DNA of 64,000 nucleotides from Azolla caroliniana (Eukaryota; Plantae; Polypodiophyta): NCBI GenBank assembly GCA_043228905.1, contig JBHGNT010000018.1, positions 17,608,001 to 17,672,000 of the forward strand, read 5' to 3'. Shown piece by piece: positions 51,518 to 64,000 of this stretch (position 1 is its first letter; each line of letters starts with the position of its first letter). The notes under the pieces were generated by a model. It saw only the letters and a program-made list of their open reading frames with translations, ran no database searches and was not told where the DNA came from. The position numbers and the translations under genes were made by a program.

Positions 51518-53840
51518 TGTAAAGAATCAGGTATAATTTTGTGCAATGGAAGAGATGTGTGTAATGTGTGTGTGAGAGAGAAGAGGAGAGAAGAGAAGAG
51601 AACACAAGATAGATAGATAAGAGAAAATGAAGTACTCAAGAAGAAGGTGTATATTAACAAGGAGAATATCAATTACAAAAGTGTAGCATTACAAGGGAGG
51701 ACAATCGACACTTTACAAAGTAGGAGGAGGGTGCTTTATATAGTCACCCTCTCTCTTCATTAACTATCGAAGCCTATGGGTCATGAGGAATGTGGAAACT
51801 CATTAGTTATGTGTCATAGAATATGATTCTATGACACATAGTTAGTGTGTAGAGAGTAGTGGTGTGAATTTTGACCTTTGAGGGATCATAGATTCTCAAA
51901 GGGCGTGTTCACACACTAGACTAGGTTGAGCTTGATTATCAACACGCCTCCTCAAGCTCAAGTTGGGTCGGTTCCTTTCGGTTGATGTCTACGTCAGCTG
52001 GTATCCGGTTCGGACGATGTCCCGTTAGTTGGTATTCGGTTCGGACAGTATCTGATTCTCTCTTGTACTCCCCCTCAAGCTTGCCAAGTCAGGGATCATC
52101 AATCCAAGGTATGACATGAATTGTCAAAGCTTGTCAGCTCCTAGGGCTTTGGTTAAGATGTCGGTTGTCTGAAGATTTGTGTGGATATGTTGAGGGTCAA
52201 CATCTCCAGCCTAAACACACTCTCGAATGAAGTGATAGTGCAGCTCGATATGCTTCGTGCACGCGTGGATCACTCGAGGGTTCCGAGCCAGATAAATATT
52301 GCTCATGTTGTCACAGTAAAGGGGAGTCGGATCCTTGATAGGAACGCCCAGATCCTTCAAAATCCTCTTCACCCATACATCTTCACATGCAACCACAACC
52401 GCGCCCTTGTATTCAACCTCTGTGCTCGAAAGAGCAACGATTGGTTGCTCCTTGTTACTCTAAGATATTGCTCCGTTGCCGAGGGAGAAAACAAATCTGG
52501 AGGTCGATTGTCGGTCGGCATCTGTGTACCCCTCGAGTTGAATTGATGTGACCGATTTGTAGAGAATGCCACAATCCATTGTGCCACTCACGTATCGTAA
52601 CACTCTCTTAGTACAATCTAAATTAATATCTTGTAGAGTTTGCATAAATTGGCTAAGGAGCCCGACCGGATAGCTGAGGTCAGGACGAGTGATTTTGAGA
52701 TAGATAAGACTACGAATGAGTTGTCGATAATCAGTCGGTCCACACTTTGAGGTGCCGGAGCGGGCATCCAGTTTGAGGTTTCAATCGAGAGGGGTTGCCA
52801 CACATTTATACTCAGTCATCCCGAACTTGTATAAAAAGTTAAGGATGTAGTGTCGTTGAGAGATCACAATGCCGACTGGAGTCCGAATTACCTTGATGCT
52901 AAGGAAGTAATGGAGCTCCTTCATGTCCGTCATCTTGAATTTTCCGGAGAGGAGGGACTTGACCTTGTTGATGTCGACTAGACTTTCACCTCCAATGACC
53001 AGATCATCCACATATAGGATGATGACAATCGAACTCCTAGAATTGTTTCTTATGTAGAGGGAGTTGTCGGATTTAGACATTTAGAAGCTGATTTGATGAA
53101 GATATTGTGTTATCTTCGAATGCCAAGCATGTGGTGCTTGCTTAAGGCCATAGAGTGGCTTCTTTGGTCGGCAAACTGCTTTCGGATGGATGTTGGATTC
53201 GAAACCAGGTGGTTGTACCATGTACACCTCTTCTAATTTGCCTTGAAGAAAGGCATTCTTGACATCCATTTGGTGGAGGTTTCACCTTTTCATCGTTGCA
53301 AGTGCAATCATGGTCTGCATAGACTTCATCTTTGCCACCGGGGCAAAGGTCTCTTCATAGTAAACTCCATGTGTTTGTGCATATCCTTTCGCAACGAGTC
53401 GAGCTATGTAGCGGTTGATAGAGCCATCGGCATTATACTTCATTTTGTAAATCCACCTGCAGCCAATTGCCTTTTTGTGTGGTAAGTGGGGAATGAGATC
53501 CCATGTCTCATTCTTGCATAGTGCCCACATCTCATTGTTCACCGTTGTTCATTGCTTCGACCCATCATGGATCCTTGGCTACTTCGGAAAATTTTCCCGA
53601 TTCTCAAACTATTGCCACCTTCATCATAAAGGCATAGTGGTATACCATATAGTCGTTGTCGCCGAATCAGCTAACCGTGTTCTTCTCTTGGGTGGAGCGA
53701 CAAAGTTTCTCATTTGCCGATGTGAGTGCTTTCTTAACTCCAGGTGACCTCATAAGAGGCACGTGAAAGCCACCGAACTCACTATCGAGTGAGTGCATCA
53801 ATTTCTTGCCATCAAATTGATCGTCTTCATATTCAATGTT
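51518..53840 (-). mobile_element. Ty1/copia family A 3' part (RT-RH, two PPTs, 3' LTR 51518-51944)
   Basis: ORFs 53282, 53081, 52781 (YVDD), 52460 and 52211 are homologous to 900-2500. Confidence 0.93.
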
Positions 53841-53868
53841 ACTACAACAACAATTCAATATTGACTAT

Positions 53869-54040
53869 TAGCGTTTAAATCTTTTTTAAACGATTTGGGG
53901 GTTTGGTTTGATTAAGTTTAGGTGTGACCTTTGTAAACCGGTTTGAGCTCGGTTTAGCAAGGCTCAAGCTAATAGATTGGGTCAAACTGGTTAAGGCAAA
54001 ACAGTTTGTCCAAACCGGTTTAGTAACCGATTTGGAAGTT
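53869..54040. mobile_element. Decayed hAT-like MITE relic
   Basis: aaaccggtttgagctcggttt..ggctcaagct similar to 10147-10200. Confidence 0.5.
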
Positions 54041-55115
54041 TTCACAAATAAAAAATGCTCCCTTAAACAACTATTGCTATTCATTCTGAAATACATAGCA
54101 ATATCACATGATGCATGGGTTCAATTGAAGATAATTTTGATATGGAACTTTTTTAAGTAAAGTGTTTGTCCTAACATTTTCCAAACTATATATGCACGAA
54201 TGTAAAGTTCAAGTGCCCTAGAAATTCAACGGATGAGAGTAAGTATATTTTTATATCCTAGCCTTTAATGAAGGTTCTTTATGGATAATAAAAAACGACT
54301 AGGTCTTTTCTTTATCCTCGATTGACAGAAGTTACATAAGCACACGTTCATATCTATGATTGAAATGGGCAAACATTTAAAAACCAATCCATTCATTCCA
54401 AATGGTGTTGCAACTTGCAAGTGCCAACTGACCCCACAATCAAGTCAAAAGTATGTTTCCAATCATTTTGGTTTGTTTTCATGACAATAACCATGTGTCC
54501 CTATGGATTGCCCTCATTAAGAGTTGGTCCTAAGGAGGTATGAGCTTTCTCAATTTATGTTAATTTCATACTTAGTTGTGGACCTACCCTAATCTAGTAT
54601 TGATGACCCTTGTAGGCATGGGTGTCAATTAGTCCTCTAAACTGGTTGGATCTTCCCACTAACCACCTTACAGGTTATTAACTTTATTTAATCACTCTTC
54701 CACTCACCCTTAAATCAAGACTCATCAACATCACTTAAAAAGACTCAACTAATCCATGCTTAATTACACTAAGCACTTACCAAACAAGGAAAATTAGAGT
54801 TGCTTTATGTATAATTAACTGATCAACATGATACAAGAGATTCAATCTCGGACATCACCTATTTGACCCCACGAGCGAGGCGGGTGCTTGCAATTGTCCA
54901 GGTACTCCTCTTACTCCCCATTCGGAGATCCAATACTTTGATCTCACAATTGTGTACGACTACATACATGTCGGCACAGGATCTTGGTGACACATTCCCA
55001 GGATCCATTGCATAGGATCTTGGTGTGGTATTGTGGATTCTCATGCGGACTTCACTATTCCCCATAAGATCGTGAAGCAATGGAGAGACTTATCAGGGAC
55101 TAAAAACCTCTTTTA

Positions 55116-55154
<39 letters not shown>

Positions 55155-55219
55155 CAAGGATACTCTTTTGAGGACTAAAGGCTTCTCGGAAATTTTGGAA
55201 AGAACTTTCTAGAATCCAT

Positions 55220-56460
55220 AGGTATCTTCTGCTCTATATGTATGTATGCTTGCATGTTATGTTATGTTATATTATGTATTATGTATGTATGTATATATCT
55301 ATTGTTATGTATGGTATGGTATGTATGTATGTTATATTATGTTATGTATGTTAGGCATGTATGTATGTATATTATGTATGGTAGGGTGTTATGTCCTTCG
55401 TTGTGTGGGTATGTATGTGACTAAATAGTATCTTTGACCTTTTCAACATGTTTATTTTGCTTTTATAACTCGAATATACACGAAAGCAAGGAGTTAGTGC
55501 ACGTAGTCTTGAGAATAATTTACTTTGTAATGATTTATTGCATATGCCTATATCATATGTGTCTGTCTGTATGTTTGTATAGTATTTATAGTATGTATGT
55601 ATGTATGTATGTATGTATGTATGTATGTATGGTATGAATGAAGGTATGGATGTGTATGGTCTAAATGCATATATGTCCATGTGTGTGTGTCATGAATAAT
55701 GTCTGACTACATGTCCATGTCTAGATCTAATCTATATATGTTTTATGTTTTGCCGAACTTGATTCCTATATGTGTTCTACTCACATCCAAATTAACTCAA
55801 CATAACGTTACTTTAGGTTAGGTTATGTTATGTTATGTCCTTCATTGAGTGTGTGTGCATCACTAAATAGTATCTTTGACATTTTCAACATGCTTATTTT
55901 GTTTTTTTCACTTGAATATACATGAAAGCCACGGAGGGAGTTCACATTAATGTAAAGAGTATACAAGATTTCAAAGTCTATGTGATCGGGGGAGTGCCAC
56001 TACGGAATGCCATTCTTGGAGGTCATGAATGGAGTAGTTTTAGCATCGGCATCTCCAATTTTACCGTCCCATTGACTCTTCAAAGTATGAACTTGTCCAA
56101 CCAAATATTTGTAACCAATTTTGCTGGTGTTGCTAAGAACTATGTCCACATATGATAAGCAACTCATGGCATCGAGCAATTTTAACATCAGCATCTCCAA
56201 ATATATTGTCCCTTTAAACCTTCAAAATATGAACTATGTCCAACCAAATATTTATAACCAATTCCGCTGATGTTGCTTTAACTTGATTGAAAATAATTTA
56301 CTTTGTAACGATTTATTATCATATGTATGTATGCATGTATGCCTACATATATAGATTATGTATACATGTATGTCCATGTCTACATAATCTATATATATAT
56401 GTTTTGTGTTCTGCCTAACCTGATTCCTATCTGTGTTCTACTCAGATCTGAATTTAACTC
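55220..56460. repeat. (TATG)n-rich dispersed repeat, tandemly duplicated; third copy at ~14885-15070
   Basis: ctaaatagtatctttgac.ttttcaacatg at 55421 and 55863, related sequence at 15001; internal duplication 56040-56135 / 56180-56280. Confidence 0.7.
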
Positions 56461-56629
56461 CACAATTAAAGTAATTTCATAGACTTAAGCAATCAATTAC
56501 TTCTTCCATTAGGGATTGATCCGTTCATCCCGTCTTTCTCCATCCATTCCATCCCTTCATCATCCATTCATTTACTTCTTCTTCTTCTTCTTCTTCTAGG
56601 ATTCATCCATTCATCCATCCATTTCATCC

Positions 56630-56876
56630 TCATCCCTTGATGAACATCCGCTCCCCCAAGTCTCAGACCACAGATTTGATGTCGATAACAGAGTGGCTAC
56701 GAGTCGGACACAGCTTCTCACCAAAATCAAATCATATGATTTCTATTACAACATGACTAGGTGAAAAATCCATGGCAAGAACAAATGATTTCCCAAATGG
56801 ACACGGCCAATCTGCATGCTATCGGCGATGATTCACTACTAATTGCAAGGGCTATGGTTGTTGGGCTGTTGCCCAT
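56630..56876 (-). pseudogene. Probable relic of the small beta-protein family (copy R3), starts MGNSPT
   Basis: 39-codon ORF 56876-56757 MGNSPTTIALAISSESSPIACRLAVSIWEIICSCHGFFT*; C-x-L-x-V and HG in exact register with P1/P2. Confidence 0.55.
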
Positions 56877-57367
56877 TAGAATCGACAGCAATGGGACAGA
56901 TTTATGAGAGCTGTAGGTCTTCTATTTTTGGGGGTAGAGTGAGAGTGAGAAATGAAGAGGAAACCTTAGATAAACAGAGAAGGTACCCACCATTTACCAC
57001 ATAAGACCATATATGTATTTATGTACATGAATGCATTTCAAATTGTGTCTAATTCTTCTCACTTCTATAATCTTTTGGTAGATAATGTTTGTGGAGCACC
57101 AAGGACTACTGCTGCTGCTAAATCTTATGTAAAGTTAGATTGGCTGTTAAGTCAAATCAGCATAGCATCCCTTGGAAAAACCTATAAAACCAGTTACCTT
57201 GTAAATTGAAGCAAAAGCTTTAAGTCTAATAGGATAAAGACCATTGGAAAGCTGGCCCTAACCAAAGAGAAGGAAGACAATTACATGAAAAACCCTTACC
57301 CCCCTCCTATACCTATTTACTTAGGGCTGTGGCCTTCAGAGTGGGGGCCATATGGAATGCAATCTGT

Positions 57368-57655
57368 CTACTCCACCTCGATCGGTGACCGATCGACCAC
57401 AACCTCGCCATTCCTGATACCAATATAAATGTCGGGAGAGATTTCGATCCTACGCATTCTCGATCCATTCACAACGATGATGATGCTGAGTACTTCGCGT
57501 GCATCCGAGGCCGGGAGCTTGATTGTCGTGCTAGATCTCGGGGCAATGCCCATGTTTTGGCCATGGAGAATCTGTGTGTTGCTGCGGCAGTTCACCTCTA
57601 GGGTGCAATGGAAATGGGAGGCATTGTGTATGTTCACGGTTTGGGAATTCCCCAT
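57368..57655 (-). CDS. Small (95 aa) single-exon beta-rich protein of unknown function with N-myristoylation-type start (copy P2)
   Basis: Intact paralog of 13285-13569; TATA-like element upstream. Confidence 0.85.
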   Translation of the reverse strand: MGNSQTVNIHNASHFHCTLEVNCRSNTQILHGQNMGIAPRSSTTIKLPASDAREVLSIIIVVNGSRMRRIEISPDIYIGIRNGEVVVDRSPIEVE

Positions 57656-57695
57656 GACGGTTTGGGGCCAGAAGCCAAAATGAAGGACGGAAAAG

Positions 57696-57812
57696 AGAGG
57701 TAGAGGCCTTCGGGGGATGGAGATGGAGATGAAGATGGAGACCTTATATGTTGATTAGAGGTAGAGGCCTTCGGGGGATGGAGATGGAGATGAAGATGGA
57801 GACCTTATATGT
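57696..57812 (-). promoter_or_regulatory. Tandemly duplicated core promoter (56 bp x2, each with an ATATAA TATA-like box) of P2
   Basis: 57696-57751 is identical to 57757-57812; minus strand reads acatataaggtctcc followed by a CT-rich leader. Confidence 0.6.
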
Positions 57813-58019
57813 AATCAACGGAATACCTTTTTTCTTTTGCGCGTGTGTGTGCTCTTCTGCTATGTTTTCACCCACACCACCGTTACAGTGACCCTTACAC
57901 TTGGTACCAAGTGTAGTGACCCTTACACTTGTGATGGCCCTTGCACTTCTCACCATTACAATGACCGTTACACTAAGTGAGGAGTCACTAGTTATGGTGG
58001 TGGGGGACCCTCAGGGCCT

Positions 58020-58785
58020 AAATTTGACCGGTTAGTATCAAAGTCTTTGATGAGCATTTTTTAAAGATGCATACCATATGACATAAGATTGTGAAAGCGA
58101 ATCACCACTTCCCAATGGCTGTTAATACATAAGTCACTACCGATTGGTGCATGGCAACGTGGGAACCTCAACTCTCCTAATTGTGTAGCGTGTCCAACTG
58201 TATTAGAATCCATACGACACGCTCTATGGGACTGCCCAGAGTCCCATCGAATATAGCGGGGGGTTGGCCACTTATTGCAATTATGCTAGGTGCAAGGCTC
58301 AATCAAGTGGGGGCATGTATGTTGGCTATCATGGCAAGCCCCAATTGACAGATATGAGCATTAGGAAGAAGGGATGACTTTGGTTATAAAAGCACAAGAG
58401 GTTTTTTTTTTTCACCATTGGCAATATCCACTCAACTCCCATTAGTGTCAAACCTCAAGTTGTGTTGGACTTGGTCAGCTCAATAACTCTTTGGATTCTA
58501 TGGAAACAACGGTGTAGACAGGTCTTCTCCAACCAAAGCGTGCAACCAACAATGTTAATGCAAGAGATATGGAGTGAAGTTGTAGCCACTCTAAAGAGCC
58601 AATATGATGGCCTCAAGGGCGACTCTGATAGAGTTGAAAGACAACGACTAGCCTTTATCTAACAATGGTCGTCCTCTCCCTTTCTTGAGGCAATGGGTAT
58701 CCACATAAGATGGACCTATCGTGTCCCTATAGGGATTTATATATAATAATCTCATATGTAAAATCTTTATAACTAATGGAAGGAG
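58020..58785 (+). mobile_element. 5'-truncated L1-type LINE (zf-RVT domain and 3' end)
   Basis: C..C....ESIRHALWDCP at ~58183-58240; ITLWILWKQRCRQVF (ORF 58462). Confidence 0.78.
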
Positions 58786-59594
58786 TGTTTTTTTGGGAAT
58801 TTTCTTTTTTGCAAAAACTAACATGTCATTTCACATACGAATTTTAAAAATGAAAAACATTATATAATGTTACATTGTTATACATATCATTACTATAAAA
58901 GGTACACAAAAATTACACTAGTTAGCATAATTACTTCACAAAGATAATGAAATACATCAAATAAATATCGAGTTAATGTTTTTACAAATAAGTATAAATA
59001 AAAAGGTTACTTTTTGGAAAAAAATGTTATATTTTTAAAACAAAGGATTTTTTGAAAGAAAAGGTTATTGTTTTGAAAAAAGGTTAGTAAAAAATTTAGC
59101 TTTAACTTAAAACTTACAAGTTTACAATGTTAAAATCAAACCTAGAATTTTCACTCATAGAGTATTTAATAAAGGCTATTGTCGAAAATTTAAATCAATA
59201 TTATAATTTATTAGTAAAGAATAAATATTTGAGAATATATATCAGTATTGCATGATGATACTATTATTTTAAGCGTGTTATAAAAAAACATATAATATGT
59301 CTATATAATAGATTGAGCCCTGCGTGATATGCGTAGTATTCAACATCTGTAATATTCGAGGATATAAAATGGCTCCATGAATATTATAAAACCATTCGTT
59401 TTTGGAAAATAAATTTACATAATAAAATTATTCAACTCACTAAAATAAAGTAAAAATCACTAATTAATAGAAATATGGAAGGTCTTCAAATCACACTAAC
59501 ATAAGAAAGAAAAGTTTTAATTAAAGTGATTATGAACCATTATATTCTAATTCCTAACTTCTAACTTCTAAGTAACGCTTCTAAATTTAAGAGT

Positions 59595-60505
59595 CTATGC
59601 ACTATCATATTCATCATCCATATATTCAAGCTCATCACTAATATCCTTATTAGCTTCATTTTCATCAATACCTTGGTTTTGCATTCTCAAAAGCCTCTCA
59701 TCTTCTACTTCTTTGTTGATCATATCTAATGTTGCTTCAATTAGGCATAATCCCCTTTCCCTTGTTCTTCTAATGAGACAATGATTTGTATGTATATAAA
59801 CCAATTTCTCAACATGAGCATGAGTCAATCTATTTCTTTTTTTTGTATGTATCGATGAGAATGTACTCCAATTTCTTTCACAAGAAGATGCACATGAACC
59901 TCGAGAAAGCACACAAATTGCAAGTCTTTTTAAGTTTGGAGTGCATGTTCCAAATGTTTCCCACCACTTAATTGCATCATGCATTCTAATTGGATAATTT
60001 GCAATAGGAACTTGAAATGCACTTTTTTATCGAGTTCTATAAGCATAGAATTCATTTAATAAAACACCACATAGAGGTATATCACCATTATTAGTATACC
60101 GCATAATAGTTTCCATTCAACTTGTATTGACCTTCTCATCAATATCTTGATTTTTTTCTCTCCAAATTGGATGCAAAATAAAGCAAATTGCATGCAATGG
60201 TGAATGTAGCATTGTCCATCTTTGCATACATATTCCTCAAATTTCATCAAGCAATAAATGATCTACATCTTCAATGTGGTTTATTTCTTCTATCATACGA
60301 TGAGTACATTCATAAATTAAACCCGTGGTAGCACCTTGTCTATCCGCCAATGTAAGAACTTTTAGGATTGGCTTGCATATCTTTACTATTTTCTTATATT
60401 TGCCCAAAAGGAAGCATCAAGTATAATAGAAACTATTTCTTCTCCTAGTTGTGTTTTTTATCCTTTCCATTGACACCATTGTTCACTAACCACCATTCCT
60501 ATTAA
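59595..60505 (-). pseudogene. hAT transposase C-terminal relic (dimerisation domain)
   Basis: WWETFG...L..LA..VLS...ASSCERNWSTF..IHTKKRNRL....VEKLVYIH. Confidence 0.88.
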
Positions 60506-60507
60506 TC

Positions 60508-63500
60508 TAGTGGACGTCACTAAGTGTACTTCAATGCTCATAACTGAGCTCTATGCTAACTCCCAAAATATATGCCTACACGGAATAACTTTACAACAGC
60601 CTCGCGGTTTATGCACCGCTACGACTTCTCGTTACGCACCGGTTTGCGTACTGGTTTACGCACCCATTTTACACACCGGTCCGGCCTAACCGATCGGCCC
60701 CATTCGATTCCGTGCGCCTCAACCCTTTCGGTCCGCTTGTCTGCTCACACGGCCCTTCCTAGCTTCCTTGTTGTTGCGGTGTTGGCGCCTCTTCTGCTGC
60801 CTTCTCTTCCGCTTGGCCCTTGGTTGATTCAGCGTATCTAAATCAAACATCTGAACCGACTCGGCTTCCTCCGATCGGTTTTCGCTCTCGTCCGAGTTGG
60901 TTGTCTCCAACTCGTCCTCGGTCTTCTCGCTCTTGGTTGGCTTCGGCTCTACCTTTCGACTGCTCCCCTTACTCCCCTTATGTCCGCTTTCGGAATATTC
61001 CGCGGGTCCGCCCTCAGCTTCTTTAGCCGATCCGAAATCGAATTCGTCATTTGTCTTGGCGTCGCGGTCTTCGTCTTCCAGAACTTCTCTCCCTCTTCCG
61101 TGGTTATTCGGGACGTCTCTCCCCCTCAAGTTCGGCACGTCGAGGTGACGCAACCCAAGCACACCCAAGAATTGCGCGTTTTGCCGTTCCGTCGGAACAT
61201 CTGAAGTTCAACTTCAACGAAGAGGACACGCTCACAGACGAAATGGTAGTGCACCTCAATGTGCTTAGTCTGGGTGTGGAAGACGGGGTTCTTAGCTAGC
61301 TGGATGCTGCTGAGGTTGTCATAATAGATTGTCGTTGGATTGGATACCTCCAATTGCAGATCCTTAAGTAGCTGCTTCAACCATATGGCTTTGCATGTCG
61401 CGACAGCCGCTCCTCTATACTCGGCTTCGGTGCTCGACAGTGCAACTATCGGTTGCCTCTTGCTACTCCACGCGATCGCGACACTCTTGAGAGAGAACGC
61501 GAAACCGGATGTGGATCGGCGATCGCCGGCGTTTCTGGCCCAATCAGCATCGGTGTAACTCACCAACTACACGATAGTATCGGCCCGATATAGTAGCCTC
61601 TGGTCCTTAGTGCCACTGACGTACTGGAGTACGCTTGTGCGCATTGAAGGTGCTCATCGGTCGGTCGCGCCATGAACTGACTAATCACCCTGACTAGGTA
61701 GCTAAGATTTGGTCGGGTGATGGTCAAGTAAATAAGGCTTCCGACTATCTGTCAGAACCTCGTTGGGTCGCATACCTTTCCAAAATTGGGACGAAGCTTG
61801 ATGGTTCTATCCAGAGGAGTCGAGACGGACTTACAGTCGGCCATCCCGAATTTGAAGAGCATATTCAACGCGTAATGACATTGGTTGATCAATATGCCTT
61901 CGGGGGTACGGATCACTTTGATCCCGGGGAAGTAATGAAGGTCCCCCAGATCCTTCATGTCGAATGATGACGCGAGCTGGAGCTTCACGCGGTCTATCTC
62001 ACCTAGGTCGGCGCCGGTGATGACCAAGTCATCAACATAAAGTAAAATACTAACCAGCCCAAGTCGACCTTTCCAGATGAACAGTGAGGAGTCCGATTTT
62101 GACGTCACAAAGCCCATCCGACGCAATCGTTGCGTGATCTTTGCGTTCCAAGCACGCGGGGCTTGCTTTAGTCGGTAAAGGGACTTCTTCAATCGGCACA
62201 CCGCCGAAGTGTTCGTTCCGGAGTGAAATCCAGGGGGTTGTACCATGTACACTTGTTCCTCAAGCTCACCTTGCAAGAACGCATTCCTTACATCCATCTA
62301 ATGTAAGTGCCACCCCTTTGCCGCGAGCAAAACACGGACGACCGTCATCTTCGCGACTGGCGCAAATGTCTCATCGTAGTCGATGTCGTGTTTCTGTGCA
62401 TAGCCTTTCGCTACTAACCGGGCCTTGTATCGGTTGACCGAGCCGTTAGTGTTGTACTTGACCTTGTACACCCACCGACATCCGATTGGCTTCACACCTT
62501 TCAGTGCATCAACCAGGTCCCAAGTTTCATTCTCAGCTAATGCGCGCATCTCTTCCTCCATTGCGGCACACCAATTCGTGACCTTCGCCGCCTCTGCGTA
62601 GTTCTCTGGCTCATGCACTTCCGCTACACGCGTCATGTACGCATAGTGATGCGCCATGTACTTGTTGTAACCGAACCGCACAACAGGGTTCTTTTGGCGG
62701 GTTGATCGGCGTAATTGCTCATTAGCCGATGTTGAGGCTTTCATGGCCGACGTGGACTTCGCTCTCAAGGACCTGTCATCACTTCCCTTAGAGTCGGACT
62801 CGCGTCGATCCGACTCGTTCCTATCCGTGTTGTAATCCGACACCTTCTTCTTCCCTTTTTCTTTGTGCGTAAGCTGTCTCCTCGGCTTCCTGCACGGGGA
62901 ATGCACAACTGAGTCTCCACTACTCGCCGGCTCTTCATCAGACTGGTCGAACAGACTTAGTCGTCCATTCGGTCCACTTAACCGAAACGAAATTGAACTC
63001 TCTTCGCGAGTCCCGATTTCAGGCTCATCCGGAGGCATCTCGGCCTCGCTGACTTCATCATCAGAACTCGGATTAGAGGTGAGGTCCGGAGTTGGAGGCA
63101 AGTACCAGGACGCAGACTCGTCAAACAAAACGTCATGGTTCACGCGCGCTTGTTTGGTGCGAGGGTTATAACACGTATAACCCTTCTGCTTGTCCGAGTA
63201 GCCGACCAAGATACACTTCTCGGCTTTCGCATCCAACTTCCTCCGTTTCTCCTTTGGTACATGCACATACGCAATGCTACCAAAAACTCTCAAGTGTCGT
63301 AGATTCGGCTTCCTTCCGAAATATTGTTCATGCGCCGACACTTTGTCTCCGATCCGATTCTTGATGTATACAGCAGTTCGTACCACCTCGGCCCAATAGA
63401 ACTTGGGCAAGCTCTTCTCCTCCAACATTGCCCGTGCCACTTCTACAATTGACCAGTTCTTCCTCTCGGCCACGCCGTTTTGCTCCGGAATGTATCTACA

Positions 63501-64000
63501 ACTGAATTCGTGCCGAATTCCAATCTGTTGCAGATAGCCGTTGAATTGACCGGAAAAGTATTCTTTTCCTCCATCCGACTGCAAGCACTTGATCTTTTAT
63601 CCTGTTTCCATTTCCACGAACCCTTTGAGGTCTCGGAAACAGTCAAAGAATTCACTCTTCTTCTCGATGAGATAGATCCACGTGTGCCGCGTATAGTAGT
63701 CGATGAAGGAGACAAAATATTGACTCCCACCAAGACTAACGTTCTGTGACGGCCCCCATACATCGGAATATATCAAGTCGAGCTTGTTCCGGGTCCAGTT
63801 ATGCTCATTAGGGAATGGAAGTCGGTGTTCCTTCCCGAGTTGGCAGGCTTCACAAATTCGTGCCTTCCAGCCACTAAATTTGGGCAATCTGAACACCACC
63901 TATTTCGATTGCAGGTCCGGAAGTCGTTCATAGTTTACGTGGCCTATCCGCTTGTGCCATAAGTCAATATCCAACTCGACCTTTTGTCCTTTGGCGAACA
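60508..64000 (-). mobile_element. Ty1/copia element (IN-RT-RH, extended 3' region, possible truncated LTR 60508-60598); continues beyond the window
   Basis: ORFs 63597, 62298 (SDGGKEY, YKARLVAKG), 61752 (YVDD), 61126 (YTDADWA); PPT ~61118-61129. Confidence 0.93.

Noticed and set aside
54300-55140. Possible gene or TE fragment
   Set aside because: No recognisable motif or repeat partner in the window; left unannotated
56636-56720. Possible C/D snoRNA (TGATGA)
   Set aside because: No CTGA D box or terminal stem at a suitable distance

Overview
Eukaryotic, transposon-dense plant DNA, probably from a non-seed land plant such as a fern (inferred from the TE families, GT-AG introns and microsatellites). 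Roughly three-quarters of the window is nested, mostly decayed TEs. These include several Ty1/copia elements, one full-length with intact TSD and inserted antisense into a same-family copy. A non-chromoviral Ty3/gypsy family primed by tRNA-Trp has 4-bp CG-centred target sites and an apparent -1 frameshift after the protease. There are also LINE 3' ends, a hAT transposase relic and hAT-like MITE relics. A ~10 kb intron-containing Sola-like DNA transposon carries a second convergent gene and AGTACT-motif minisatellites in its introns. The only apparent host genes are a family of tiny single-exon beta-rich proteins with no product I can assign. Three copies are intact (13285-13569, 49056-49310, 57368-57655; two begin with the N-myristoylation-type motif MGNSQT), and three probable relics are missed by the ORF track. 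The best novelty candidates are this microprotein array and the two-gene Sola-like element, which resembles the VANDAL/VANC anti-silencing architecture. All alignments and counts were done by eye.
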